Made by a program: the position numbers and the translations under genes
Notes under the pieces: model-generated
The model's database searches: none
The model's input: only the letters and a program-made list of their open reading frames with translations
What the model was told of the DNA's origin: nothing
Source: Pseudomonadota bacterium
Lineage (GTDB): Bacteria > Verrucomicrobiota > Verrucomicrobiia > Chthoniobacterales > UBA6821
DNA: 40,591 bases
Reading direction: 5' to 3'
Assembly: GCA_009928265.1 (NCBI GenBank)
Contig: RFPR01000001.1
Coordinates: 1-40,591, forward strand
In this document: in pieces, positions 33,173 through 40,591 of the stretch
Numbering within the stretch: the first letter of the stretch is position 1
How the letters are laid out: the number at the start of each line of letters is the position of its first letter

Positions 33173-34849
33173 ATGTCCGCCTGTTCCAGGAATCCGAGCA
33201 TTCTTCATGTAGTCAGTGGGCTGCTTCGTTATGGAAGCGGTCTTTGGACTGCTTTGTTCGTTCTCCTGCTGACAGTTGCGAGCCTTTCTGCGCAGGGAGT
33301 TCCGACAATCCAGCAAAGTCAGTTCAGGTCGCAGTGGGTCGGGGAGCAGGTGGATCAGATTCCGCTGGGAGGCACCATCACGCCACTCAACAGCCTCGGG
33401 GCCGTTGTGGGGGCTCTCCAGACGCCTGACGAGGTGCAGCGTGAGGTGGAGGCCTCCATGGCCGGGGTGGAACAGAAATCCCCTTTTGTCTTCAAGCCCG
33501 CCCTCGGGGTTGGTTGGCAGATTTCCAATCAAGGTCTGACGAACGCTTCCACTGCTGGCAACAACTCCAACCCCTACCGCACCGGCAGCAGCCCATTCAT
33601 CGCCCCGTCGGCAGCTTTTCTCTATGACCGGTTGCATGGCCCCTGGTCCGTGTCAGCCGGTTATTCCGTGGGCTACAAATATTACTCGAATCAGAATTTC
33701 GTGGCGAACGGGACCGGATCCCAGCGTAATCCCTTCTCTCAGACAGGACTTTTTAAGGCGATTCTCGAGATGAGCCGTTATGTCTGGAGCACATTGGCCA
33801 CGGTGTCGCAGGGGAATGGCTTTGATTTGAGCACTGGGTCGAACAACCAGCAGTTTAACGGTAACGCCAATACGGAGTTCAAATACCTCCTTTCGGACCA
33901 GGCTGCCGTGGCTGCCAAAGGGGGGTACTCGATCCAGAACACATCGGGGGCCACCAATACCCCCAATAACAATGTCTCCAGCTACTACGCCCAAATCGCA
34001 CCGATCTATGAGGTGAGCACAAAGACTCACTTGAGCGCGATTGCCGGGGCAGGAGCTCAATATCAGTCTTTCCAAAACGCCCAGCTCTATAATTTGGCGG
34101 ACACCAACGGTGTGAACTCCGGTACCCTTTCTGTCAGTACCACGCCGAGTTCATCGGTCCAATATGTCCAATCCCTGGGCAAGGTGAAGTATGATGTGAC
34201 CGGCAAGCTCGTGGTGGAGGGGAGTTTCGGCGTTCGCCAACTCTGGCTCAATAACTCCACCAATGTGTCGGTTTCTGGCGGCGCATTGGGGCAGAATTTC
34301 TCAACTTCTGAAAAAGTTTCCTCCAACAAGAATCTGGGATTAAAACCCGCATGGACGCTCGGCTTTAATTACACTCCGACGGCCAAGACATCCATCGCTT
34401 TTTCCATTGGTGAACAGGCCACCGACATCGTTCCGGAATTCAATCTCCTACTCAACTGGGTTCCTAGGGAAAAGACCAAGGTGAGTCTCGGGGTCTCGCA
34501 GGCTGAGAGCTATTCCAGCATCGCCGCGAGCCAATACCTGATCACCCGAGGAATCGTCGGCACGGTGAATCAACAGCTCTTCTCCAACATCAGCGTGGTT
34601 CTTTCCGGCGGCTACACCAAGCAGTTCTATCAGAACATCAACGGTGGATCGACGCCCACCCAAGGTGCCGCCGCACAGATTCCTGGTAGCTATTATTTGG
34701 CTACTGCTTCCGTGATCTGGAAGATCCGAGACTGGGTGAATCTCAACAACACCGTCTATTACAACAGCGGACAGACCATACAGTCGGGGGGCAATAATTC
34801 CGCTCTCTCGCAGACCTGGTATGCAGTCAGCCTGAATTTCTCGCTGTAG
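33173..34849 (+). CDS. putative outer-membrane beta-barrel protein of the EPS locus
   Basis: Signal peptide. Gly/Ser/Asn/Tyr-rich alternating pattern throughout. C-terminal ...WYAVSLNFSL. The function is inferred from composition and context only. Confidence 0.45.
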   Translation: MSACSRNPSILHVVSGLLRYGSGLWTALFVLLLTVASLSAQGVPTIQQSQFRSQWVGEQVDQIPLGGTITPLNSLGAVVGALQTPDEVQREVEASMAGVEQKSPFVFKPALGVGWQISNQGLTNASTAGNNSNPYRTGSSPFIAPSAAFLYDRLHGPWSVSAGYSVGYKYYSNQNFVANGTGSQRNPFSQTGLFKAILEMSRYVWSTLATVSQGNGFDLSTGSNNQQFNGNANTEFKYLLSDQAAVAAKGGYSIQNTSGATNTPNNNVSSYYAQIAPIYEVSTKTHLSAIAGAGAQYQSFQNAQLYNLADTNGVNSGTLSVSTTPSSSVQYVQSLGKVKYDVTGKLVVEGSFGVRQLWLNNSTNVSVSGGALGQNFSTSEKVSSNKNLGLKPAWTLGFNYTPTAKTSIAFSIGEQATDIVPEFNLLLNWVPREKTKVSLGVSQAESYSSIAASQYLITRGIVGTVNQQLFSNISVVLSGGYTKQFYQNINGGSTPTQGAAAQIPGSYYLATASVIWKIRDWVNLNNTVYYNSGQTIQSGGNNSALSQTWYAVSLNFSL

Positions 34850-34877
34850 TTTTACCGCAAAGGAGTTATGTTACGGA

Positions 34878-35612
34878 ATGGTCTGCCTCACCCGACATTC
34901 ACTTCTTGCTCTAGGAGTGGGAGCGGGAATTGCATTTTTTTGGTGGGAAGGATCAGTGCTCGCTCAAAACGATCCGGCTGCCCCCGTTGACAACCCCCCG
35001 GCGCAGCCTGCTGTAACGGTGTCCAAGCCGGCGAGAGAAACTGTGCTGACGCAACCTCCCATGCCGGCGGGTCCTTCCGGCATTGCTTCACAGGCGAACT
35101 TCGGTGCTGCCAACGGGGATTATGTTCTCAGGCCTGGTGACACTATCGAGATGATCGTCTACCGGGAGCAGGATCTAAGCCTTCGTTCTAAGATCGGTAA
35201 GGATGGCATGGTGCAGTTACCCCTGTTGGGTGAAATCAAAATCGGGGGGCTTACCGTGCGTGCGGCAACCGCGCTTATCCGGCAGAAATACAACGCCGAT
35301 TATCTGGTCGAGCCGCAGATCTACCTGAATATCGCCGCCTACAATTCGCGGAAGTTCACCATCATCGGACAGGTCGGAAAGCCGGGTGCCTATGAGTTTG
35401 GCGGGGGTGAAGAGATCGGCCTTTTGGAGGCCATCGGCATGGCCGGTGGGTTCACCCGGATCGCCGACCGCGGTCACGTGGTGGTGAAGCGCCGTGAGGG
35501 GGATATTGTTCGCACGTACAAAGTCAACGCCAAGAGACTCTCCGATTCCGGCGTGGACAAGTTCCAGATCGAGAACGGCGACGTGATCAATATCGGCGAG
35601 AGTTGGTACTGA
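34878..35612 (+). CDS. polysaccharide export protein (Wza/Poly_export plus SLBB)
   Basis: YVLRPGDTIEMIVYREQDLS...GKDGMVQLPLLGEIKIGGLTVRAATALI and FTIIGQVGKPGAY motifs. Confidence 0.8.
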   Translation: MVCLTRHSLLALGVGAGIAFFWWEGSVLAQNDPAAPVDNPPAQPAVTVSKPARETVLTQPPMPAGPSGIASQANFGAANGDYVLRPGDTIEMIVYREQDLSLRSKIGKDGMVQLPLLGEIKIGGLTVRAATALIRQKYNADYLVEPQIYLNIAAYNSRKFTIIGQVGKPGAYEFGGGEEIGLLEAIGMAGGFTRIADRGHVVVKRREGDIVRTYKVNAKRLSDSGVDKFQIENGDVINIGESWY

Positions 35613-35626
35613 AAGCTTCCCCTCCT

Positions 35627-37960
35627 ATGCATAACAGCCTGCATCACTCGGCCTCTCACCCTTCGGAAGGAAATCCTCATTCCCACAAGAACGGCGGCTT
35701 TGACTGGCGCGAATACTATTACGCCGTCAGATCCCGTTCCTGGATTCTGGTTCTCTGCCTAGGACTTTCCCTCGTTTGGGGCATTCTCTCGGCCGTCACC
35801 CAGCAGAATCTCTATCGTGCGCGTTCGGTCCTCTTCATTGAGCAGGTCAAGAGCAAGGTGCTGAGTCTCAAAATGGAGGAGGTGCGCGACGATCAGATCA
35901 AGTCGATCGACATGATCAACACGCTGGTCGACCTCATCAGGAGCTATCCCTTTGCGCTAAGGGTGGTGAACCACCTCAAGCTTGCTCAGGACCGGGAATT
36001 TGTTTCCGCCACAGCCCTCTGGGGTGATCCCTCCCCGGAGCAGGCGGCCGGCAAGCTCATGGGAATGGCCAACGCTTCCTATCGCCTCAACACACGCCTG
36101 ATCGACATCTTCATTACCACGCGTAATCCCGGGTTGTCCGTCAAGCTGGCGAATGCGTATGCGGAAGAATATCTCAGGTATGTCCATGACCAGAGAGCCG
36201 AGGCCACCCGTTCGGCGAGTTCTTTTCTGATGGAAGAGTCGGACCGCCTGCGCAAGAGGATGAGGGCGTCCGAGGAAGGCATGCAGAACTTCCGTGAACG
36301 CGAGCGGGCGGCCTCCATGGAGTCGATGCTCCAGGAGACGCAGGCCCAGATCACGGAACTCTCGACCCGCCAGAATCTGATCCAGTCGAAGCTCACCCAG
36401 ATCAACAGCGATCTCTCGATCGCTCGAGCGAATGCCGGCAATTCCAAGGAGCTCTTGAGGTTGCCCAGCGTGGCTGGTGAACCGAAGGTGGCCGCACTGC
36501 TCACCCAGCAGTCTACGCTCGAAAAGGAATTTGTTCTGGTCAAGCAGCGTTACCGCCCGAAGCACCCCGTCTACATTTCCATCAAGACGCAGCTGGATCT
36601 TTCCTCCCAGGAACTGGACAAGGTGCTCGCAGACGTGGTGAGCCTGCTTGAATCAATCCGCACTAGCCTGCTTGCTCAGGAAGCCGCGACCAAGTTGGAG
36701 CGTGAGACTGCGGAGAAGAGGCTTCTTGAAGTGACCGGAAAGTCGATCGAATACAACGATCTGAAACGAGAACTTGAGAGCGACAGGGCCCTCTACGAGG
36801 CGGTTCTTGCCCGAATCAAGGAGGTGGACGTGACCAAGGAGTTGGCCGATTCGCCGGTGCAGTTGCAGGAAATGGCAACGGGAGCCTCTCCGGTCACGAA
36901 GCCACCTTTGAAAGTCCTTCTGCAAGCTTTGCTGACGGGGGTTGCCCTTGGTATCGGCATCATCATCGGCCTGCATAAACTCGACTCAAGCATGAAGACC
37001 GTCGATCAGGCGGAGCATCTGACGGGATTGGATGTCGTTGCCGCCATACCACAGATCGGCGGCGCCTCGGCAACAAAGTTCGGCCTGTTCTCCAAGGAAC
37101 AGTATGCAGAGATGAGTTCCGCCTGGAGAGATTCGGTCGCCATTCTGCGTGATAATTCGCGGAGCCTTTCCCGCCGACTGAACGATGTGCACGACGAATT
37201 GCGGCCCGTTCTGGCGATGCTCGGCCACCCGCACATGGCCTCCGCGTTACCAGCAGGGAGCGAAATCGTGGTGAAAAATGACCGAAGCGGCATTGTTGCC
37301 GAGGCTTTCCGCTCCCTGCGTGCGACCGTCGCCATGAATGCACGTGTCGAAAACCAGCGCACGTTCCTGTTCACAAGCGCCCTGCCTTCGGAGGGTAAGT
37401 CATTCTCCAGTTGCAACTTCGCGGCCACCCTGGCCCAGCAGGGCCTCCGGACACTCCTGATCGACGCCGATCTGCGCAAGCCGACGGTTTCCAAAACTTT
37501 CTTCGGAATGAACCGAAAGCCGGGCCTCTCTGAAGTCCTGCTGGGATCCGCTTCCCTCGAAACCGCTGCGATCGCCTCGGGAGTGGAGGGCTTGAGTGTT
37601 CTTACCGCGGGAGGACGCTCCCGCAATCCTTCAGAACTACTAGCTGGTCAACCCTTCCGCGATCTTCTCGCATCCGCCATCAAAAACTACGATCGTGTGG
37701 TTGTTGATTCCGCCCCCGTTCTGGCGGTGAGCGACACCTTCCTGATTGCACCGGGGGTGGATGTGGTGCTGTTGGTGGCCCGTTCTTTCATGACTCCGGC
37801 AAAGATCGTTGTGAGGGCCATCAAATCGCTCTCCGATATCAAGATCCGTCCCGCGGGCATCGTCTTCAATTGCCTGCCGACCGAGGCGAGTTCCTACTCC
37901 TACTACTATTCTGGAAAGTACTACGGGAGCTACGGAACCAAGGGCGTCTACGGCAGTTAA
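35627..37960 (+). CDS. Wzc/GumC-like chain-length determinant plus tyrosine autokinase
   Basis: N-terminal Wzz-type TM and long coiled-coil periplasmic region. C-terminal P-loop domain (TSALPSEGKSF, LLIDADLRKP, VVVDSAPV) and a Tyr-rich tail SSYSYYYSGKYYGSYGTKGVYGS. The ORF track opens at a TTG at 35603. Confidence 0.8.
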   Translation: MHNSLHHSASHPSEGNPHSHKNGGFDWREYYYAVRSRSWILVLCLGLSLVWGILSAVTQQNLYRARSVLFIEQVKSKVLSLKMEEVRDDQIKSIDMINTLVDLIRSYPFALRVVNHLKLAQDREFVSATALWGDPSPEQAAGKLMGMANASYRLNTRLIDIFITTRNPGLSVKLANAYAEEYLRYVHDQRAEATRSASSFLMEESDRLRKRMRASEEGMQNFRERERAASMESMLQETQAQITELSTRQNLIQSKLTQINSDLSIARANAGNSKELLRLPSVAGEPKVAALLTQQSTLEKEFVLVKQRYRPKHPVYISIKTQLDLSSQELDKVLADVVSLLESIRTSLLAQEAATKLERETAEKRLLEVTGKSIEYNDLKRELESDRALYEAVLARIKEVDVTKELADSPVQLQEMATGASPVTKPPLKVLLQALLTGVALGIGIIIGLHKLDSSMKTVDQAEHLTGLDVVAAIPQIGGASATKFGLFSKEQYAEMSSAWRDSVAILRDNSRSLSRRLNDVHDELRPVLAMLGHPHMASALPAGSEIVVKNDRSGIVAEAFRSLRATVAMNARVENQRTFLFTSALPSEGKSFSSCNFAATLAQQGLRTLLIDADLRKPTVSKTFFGMNRKPGLSEVLLGSASLETAAIASGVEGLSVLTAGGRSRNPSELLAGQPFRDLLASAIKNYDRVVVDSAPVLAVSDTFLIAPGVDVVLLVARSFMTPAKIVVRAIKSLSDIKIRPAGIVFNCLPTEASSYSYYYSGKYYGSYGTKGVYGS

Positions 37961-38055
37961 AACAATAGCCCGGATACCTCTTGTTTCTTCAAACCTGATG
38001 CCAAAGCGGGCAAACTCCTTTTTTCTTTAACAGCAACCAACAAACAGCAACTACC

Positions 38056-38988
38056 ATGCGTATCCTCGTTACCGGCGGTGCCGGATTTCTCGGCTCCCAC
38101 CTTTGCGATCGCCTCATAGGTCAGGGGCATGACGTCATCTGCCTCGATAACTTCTTCACCGGGCGGAAGGCCAACATCCAGCATCTCGTAGGTAACCCCC
38201 GCTTCGAGTTGGTGCGGCATGACATCATCGATGCCTTCAAGTTCGAGGTGGACCGTATCTACAATCTTGCCTGCCCGGCTTCCCCGCCCCATTACCAGTA
38301 CAATCCGATCAAGACGATGAAGACCTCGGTCATGGGATCGATCAACTGCCTCGGCCTTGCCAAGCGGGTCAAGGCGCGTGTTTTCCAGGCCTCCACCTCG
38401 GAGGTCTACGGTGACCCCGCCGTCCACCCCCAGCAGGAGTCCTACTGGGGCAATGTGAATCCGATCGGCCTACGCTCCTGCTACGACGAGGGGAAGCGCT
38501 GTGCTGAGACACTCTTCTTCGACTACCATCGGGAACATGGCGTCGATATCCGCGTGATCCGTATTTTCAACACCTACGGCCCGCGCATGCTGGCGGACGA
38601 CGGACGCGTCGTCTCCAACTTCATCGTGCAGGCTCTCCAAGGGAACGACCTGACCGTCTATGGCGATGGATCGCAGACGCGGTCCTTCTGTTTTGTGGAC
38701 GACCTTGTCGAAGGATTTCTCCGCTTCATGGAGCAGGAGAAGTGCGTCGGCCCGATGAATCTCGGCAACCCCGGCGAGTTCACCATGCTGCAACTGGCCG
38801 AACTCGTGCTCAAGAAGGTCGGGGGAAAGTCCCGGATCACGCACAAGCCGCTTCCCTCGGATGATCCCAAGCAGCGTCGTCCCGACATCACGCTAGCCAA
38901 GGAAACACTTGGCTGGGAGCCGCAGATCCCACTCGAGGCGGGTCTCGAGAAGACCATTTCCTACTTCCGCGAAGCCCTCGCGAAGTGA
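38056..38988 (+). CDS. UDP-glucuronate decarboxylase (UDP-xylose synthase, SDR family)
   Basis: [36 protein letters not shown] catalytic Y-x-x-x-K. The overall pattern is typical of UXS. Confidence 0.8.
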   Translation: MRILVTGGAGFLGSHLCDRLIGQGHDVICLDNFFTGRKANIQHLVGNPRFELVRHDIIDAFKFEVDRIYNLACPASPPHYQYNPIKTMKTSVMGSINCLGLAKRVKARVFQASTSEVYGDPAVHPQQESYWGNVNPIGLRSCYDEGKRCAETLFFDYHREHGVDIRVIRIFNTYGPRMLADDGRVVSNFIVQALQGNDLTVYGDGSQTRSFCFVDDLVEGFLRFMEQEKCVGPMNLGNPGEFTMLQLAELVLKKVGGKSRITHKPLPSDDPKQRRPDITLAKETLGWEPQIPLEAGLEKTISYFREALAK

Positions 38989-39044
38989 GAACCCCTCTTC
39001 CGATCACTCTTTCACCTTTCATTTTCTAACTTTTTTAACATCTC

Positions 39045-40385
39045 ATGAGTACCACCATCTGCTGCCTCGGCGCCGGTTATGTCGGCGGTCCCACCATGGC
39101 GATGATCGCGGCCAAGTGCCCCGACATCCGTGTCACCGTTTGTGACCCCAATGAAAAACGCATCGCCGCCTGGAACTCCGATACGCTGCCGGTCTATGAG
39201 CCGGGGCTTCAGGAAGTCGTGGAATCGGCGCGCGGTCGCAATCTCTTCTTCTCCACGGATGTCCGCAAGGCGATCCGTGAGTCGGACATCATTTTCGTGA
39301 GCGTCGGCACTCCGACCAAGACCTATGGCATCGGTGCAGGACGCGCAGCCGACCTCAAGTACATCGAGTCGGCTGCACGCATGATCGCCGAGGAAGCCCA
39401 AGGGCCGAAGATCATCGTGGAGAAGAGCACCATTCCTGTGAAGACGGCCGAAGCGATGATGACCATCCTCCGATCGAACTCGAAGAAGGGAACCTTCCAA
39501 GTGCTCTCCAATCCTGAGTTCTTGGCCGAAGGAACGGCGATCGAGGATCTGAATGACCCCGACCGCGTCCTGATTGGCGGAGAGCAGACTCCCGAGGGAC
39601 TCGCCGCGATTGAAAAGGTCGTCGCGATCTATGCCCGCTGGATCCCTCGTGAGAAGATCCTGACCACCAATCTCTGGTCCTCAGAGCTTTCCAAGCTTGT
39701 GGCCAATGCCTTCCTCGCCCAGCGCATCTCCTCGATCAACTCGATTTCAGCCCTCTGCGAGGCCACCGGCGCGGATGTGGACGAGGTGGCTCGTGCGATC
39801 GGCAAGGATTCTCGCATCGGTCCCAAGTTCCTGAAGGCTTCCGTCGGTTACGGAGGGTCTTGCTTTCAGAAGGATATCCTTAATCTCACCTACCTCTGCC
39901 AGCACTTCGGCCTCCCTGAAGTCGCCGCTTATTGGGAAAGTGTCGTGAAGATCAACGACTGGCAGAAGTCGCGCTTCAGCACCCGCATCGTGAAGGATCT
40001 TTTCAATACGGTGAACGGCAAGCACATCGGCATCCTTGGTTTCGCCTTCAAGAAGGATACCAATGACACGCGTGAGACTGCTGCCATCTCGGTCTGCCGC
40101 GATCTCCTTGCCGAGGGTGCCAAGGTGTGTGTGTACGATCCCCAAGTAGGAGAGGAGCAGATCCGATTCGATGTTTCGGGTGGACAACCCGATTCCAATC
40201 TCATCATCGCCCAGAGCGCTGAAGAAGCTTGTCAGGGAGCCCATGCCGTCGCAGTGCTCACCGAGTGGGACGAGTTCAAGGATCTCGACTTCCAGAAGAT
40301 CCATGACGGAATGCTCAAGCCAGCGTTCCTTTTCGATGGACGCAACATCCTGCCGCACGCGAAACTGAAGGAACTCGGCTTCCGG
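39045..40385 (+). CDS. ugd: UDP-glucose 6-dehydrogenase (3' end replaced, see findings)
   Basis: Hand translation gives [22 protein letters not shown]..., catalytic [12 protein letters not shown], and C-terminal [19 protein letters not shown]. There is no stop codon; the frame runs on into dnaE2-like sequence. Confidence 0.8.
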
Positions 40386-40591
40386 CTTGCCCGGAACTCC
40401 GAGCGGGTGCTGAAGAGTGGAGCCGAGATGGCCCGCTTGTTTTCCGATTTACCAGACGCACTGACCCGCACCATGGAGGTGCGCGAGCGTTGCGCGTTCT
40501 CACTCTCCGAGCTCCGTTACCGCTATCCGAACGAGTGGATCCCGAAACCCCACACGGCCGAGAGTTGGCTTCGGACCTTGTGTGAGGCCGG
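40386..40591 (+). pseudogene. dnaE2: internal fragment of an error-prone DNA polymerase III alpha (DnaE2/ImuC-like), in frame with ugd, running off the window
   Basis: Translation [66 protein letters not shown] matches the conserved DnaE/DnaE2 segment after the PHP domain (compare E. coli DnaE ...[23 protein letters not shown]...). No upstream PHP domain is present. Confidence 0.6.

Noticed and set aside
39747-40358. 203-aa minus-strand ORF (and 39012-39500)
   Set aside because: Antisense to the UDP-glucose dehydrogenase frame, which carries the GAGYVGG and GGSCFQKD motifs. The plus-strand ORF is missing from the track only because it has no stop inside the window.

Overview
The window reads as a Verrucomicrobiota-like chromosome segment; this is inferred only from gene content (PEP-CTERM protein, EPS genes). 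It has three parts. (1) 1-12.4 kb holds envelope and housekeeping genes: a K+-channel-like protein, a split PqiA pair plus PqiB-like MCE protein, manA, ftsK, a RodZ-like HTH protein, rimO, mlaE/mlaF/mlaD-like genes, a nucleotidyltransferase, a rhodanese, and then tRNA-Leu(CAA). (2) 12.5-31.1 kb is an island of about 18.6 kb inserted at the 3' end of the tRNA and closed by a partial tRNA copy. It carries a tyrosine integrase, a serine recombinase, a diverged Mob/Pre-like protein, a ParA-like ATPase, a complete type I R-M system (hsdM-hsdS-hsdR) with two unknown genes translationally coupled to hsdR, an AT-rich ankyrin cassette, and many small unknown genes. (3) 31.1-40.6 kb is a PEP-CTERM/exopolysaccharide locus (PEP-CTERM protein, beta-barrel-like protein, Wza-like, Wzc-like, UDP-glucuronate decarboxylase, UDP-glucose dehydrogenase). 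It ends in an unexpected in-frame junction to an internal dnaE2-like fragment. The most unusual signals are all non-coding features of the island. First, CTGCAG is about 8-fold over-represented in the island only. Second, an ~85-nt multi-hairpin element occurs three times with compensatory stem changes and sits at module boundaries. Third, a second conserved ~70-nt element lies upstream of two small genes. Fourth, seven perfect hairpins are packed next to a G-poor iteron-like array beside the Mob-like gene. Fifth, 14-bp perfect palindromes bracket the ankyrin cassette. All functional calls rest on motifs recognised by eye, and no database search was possible.
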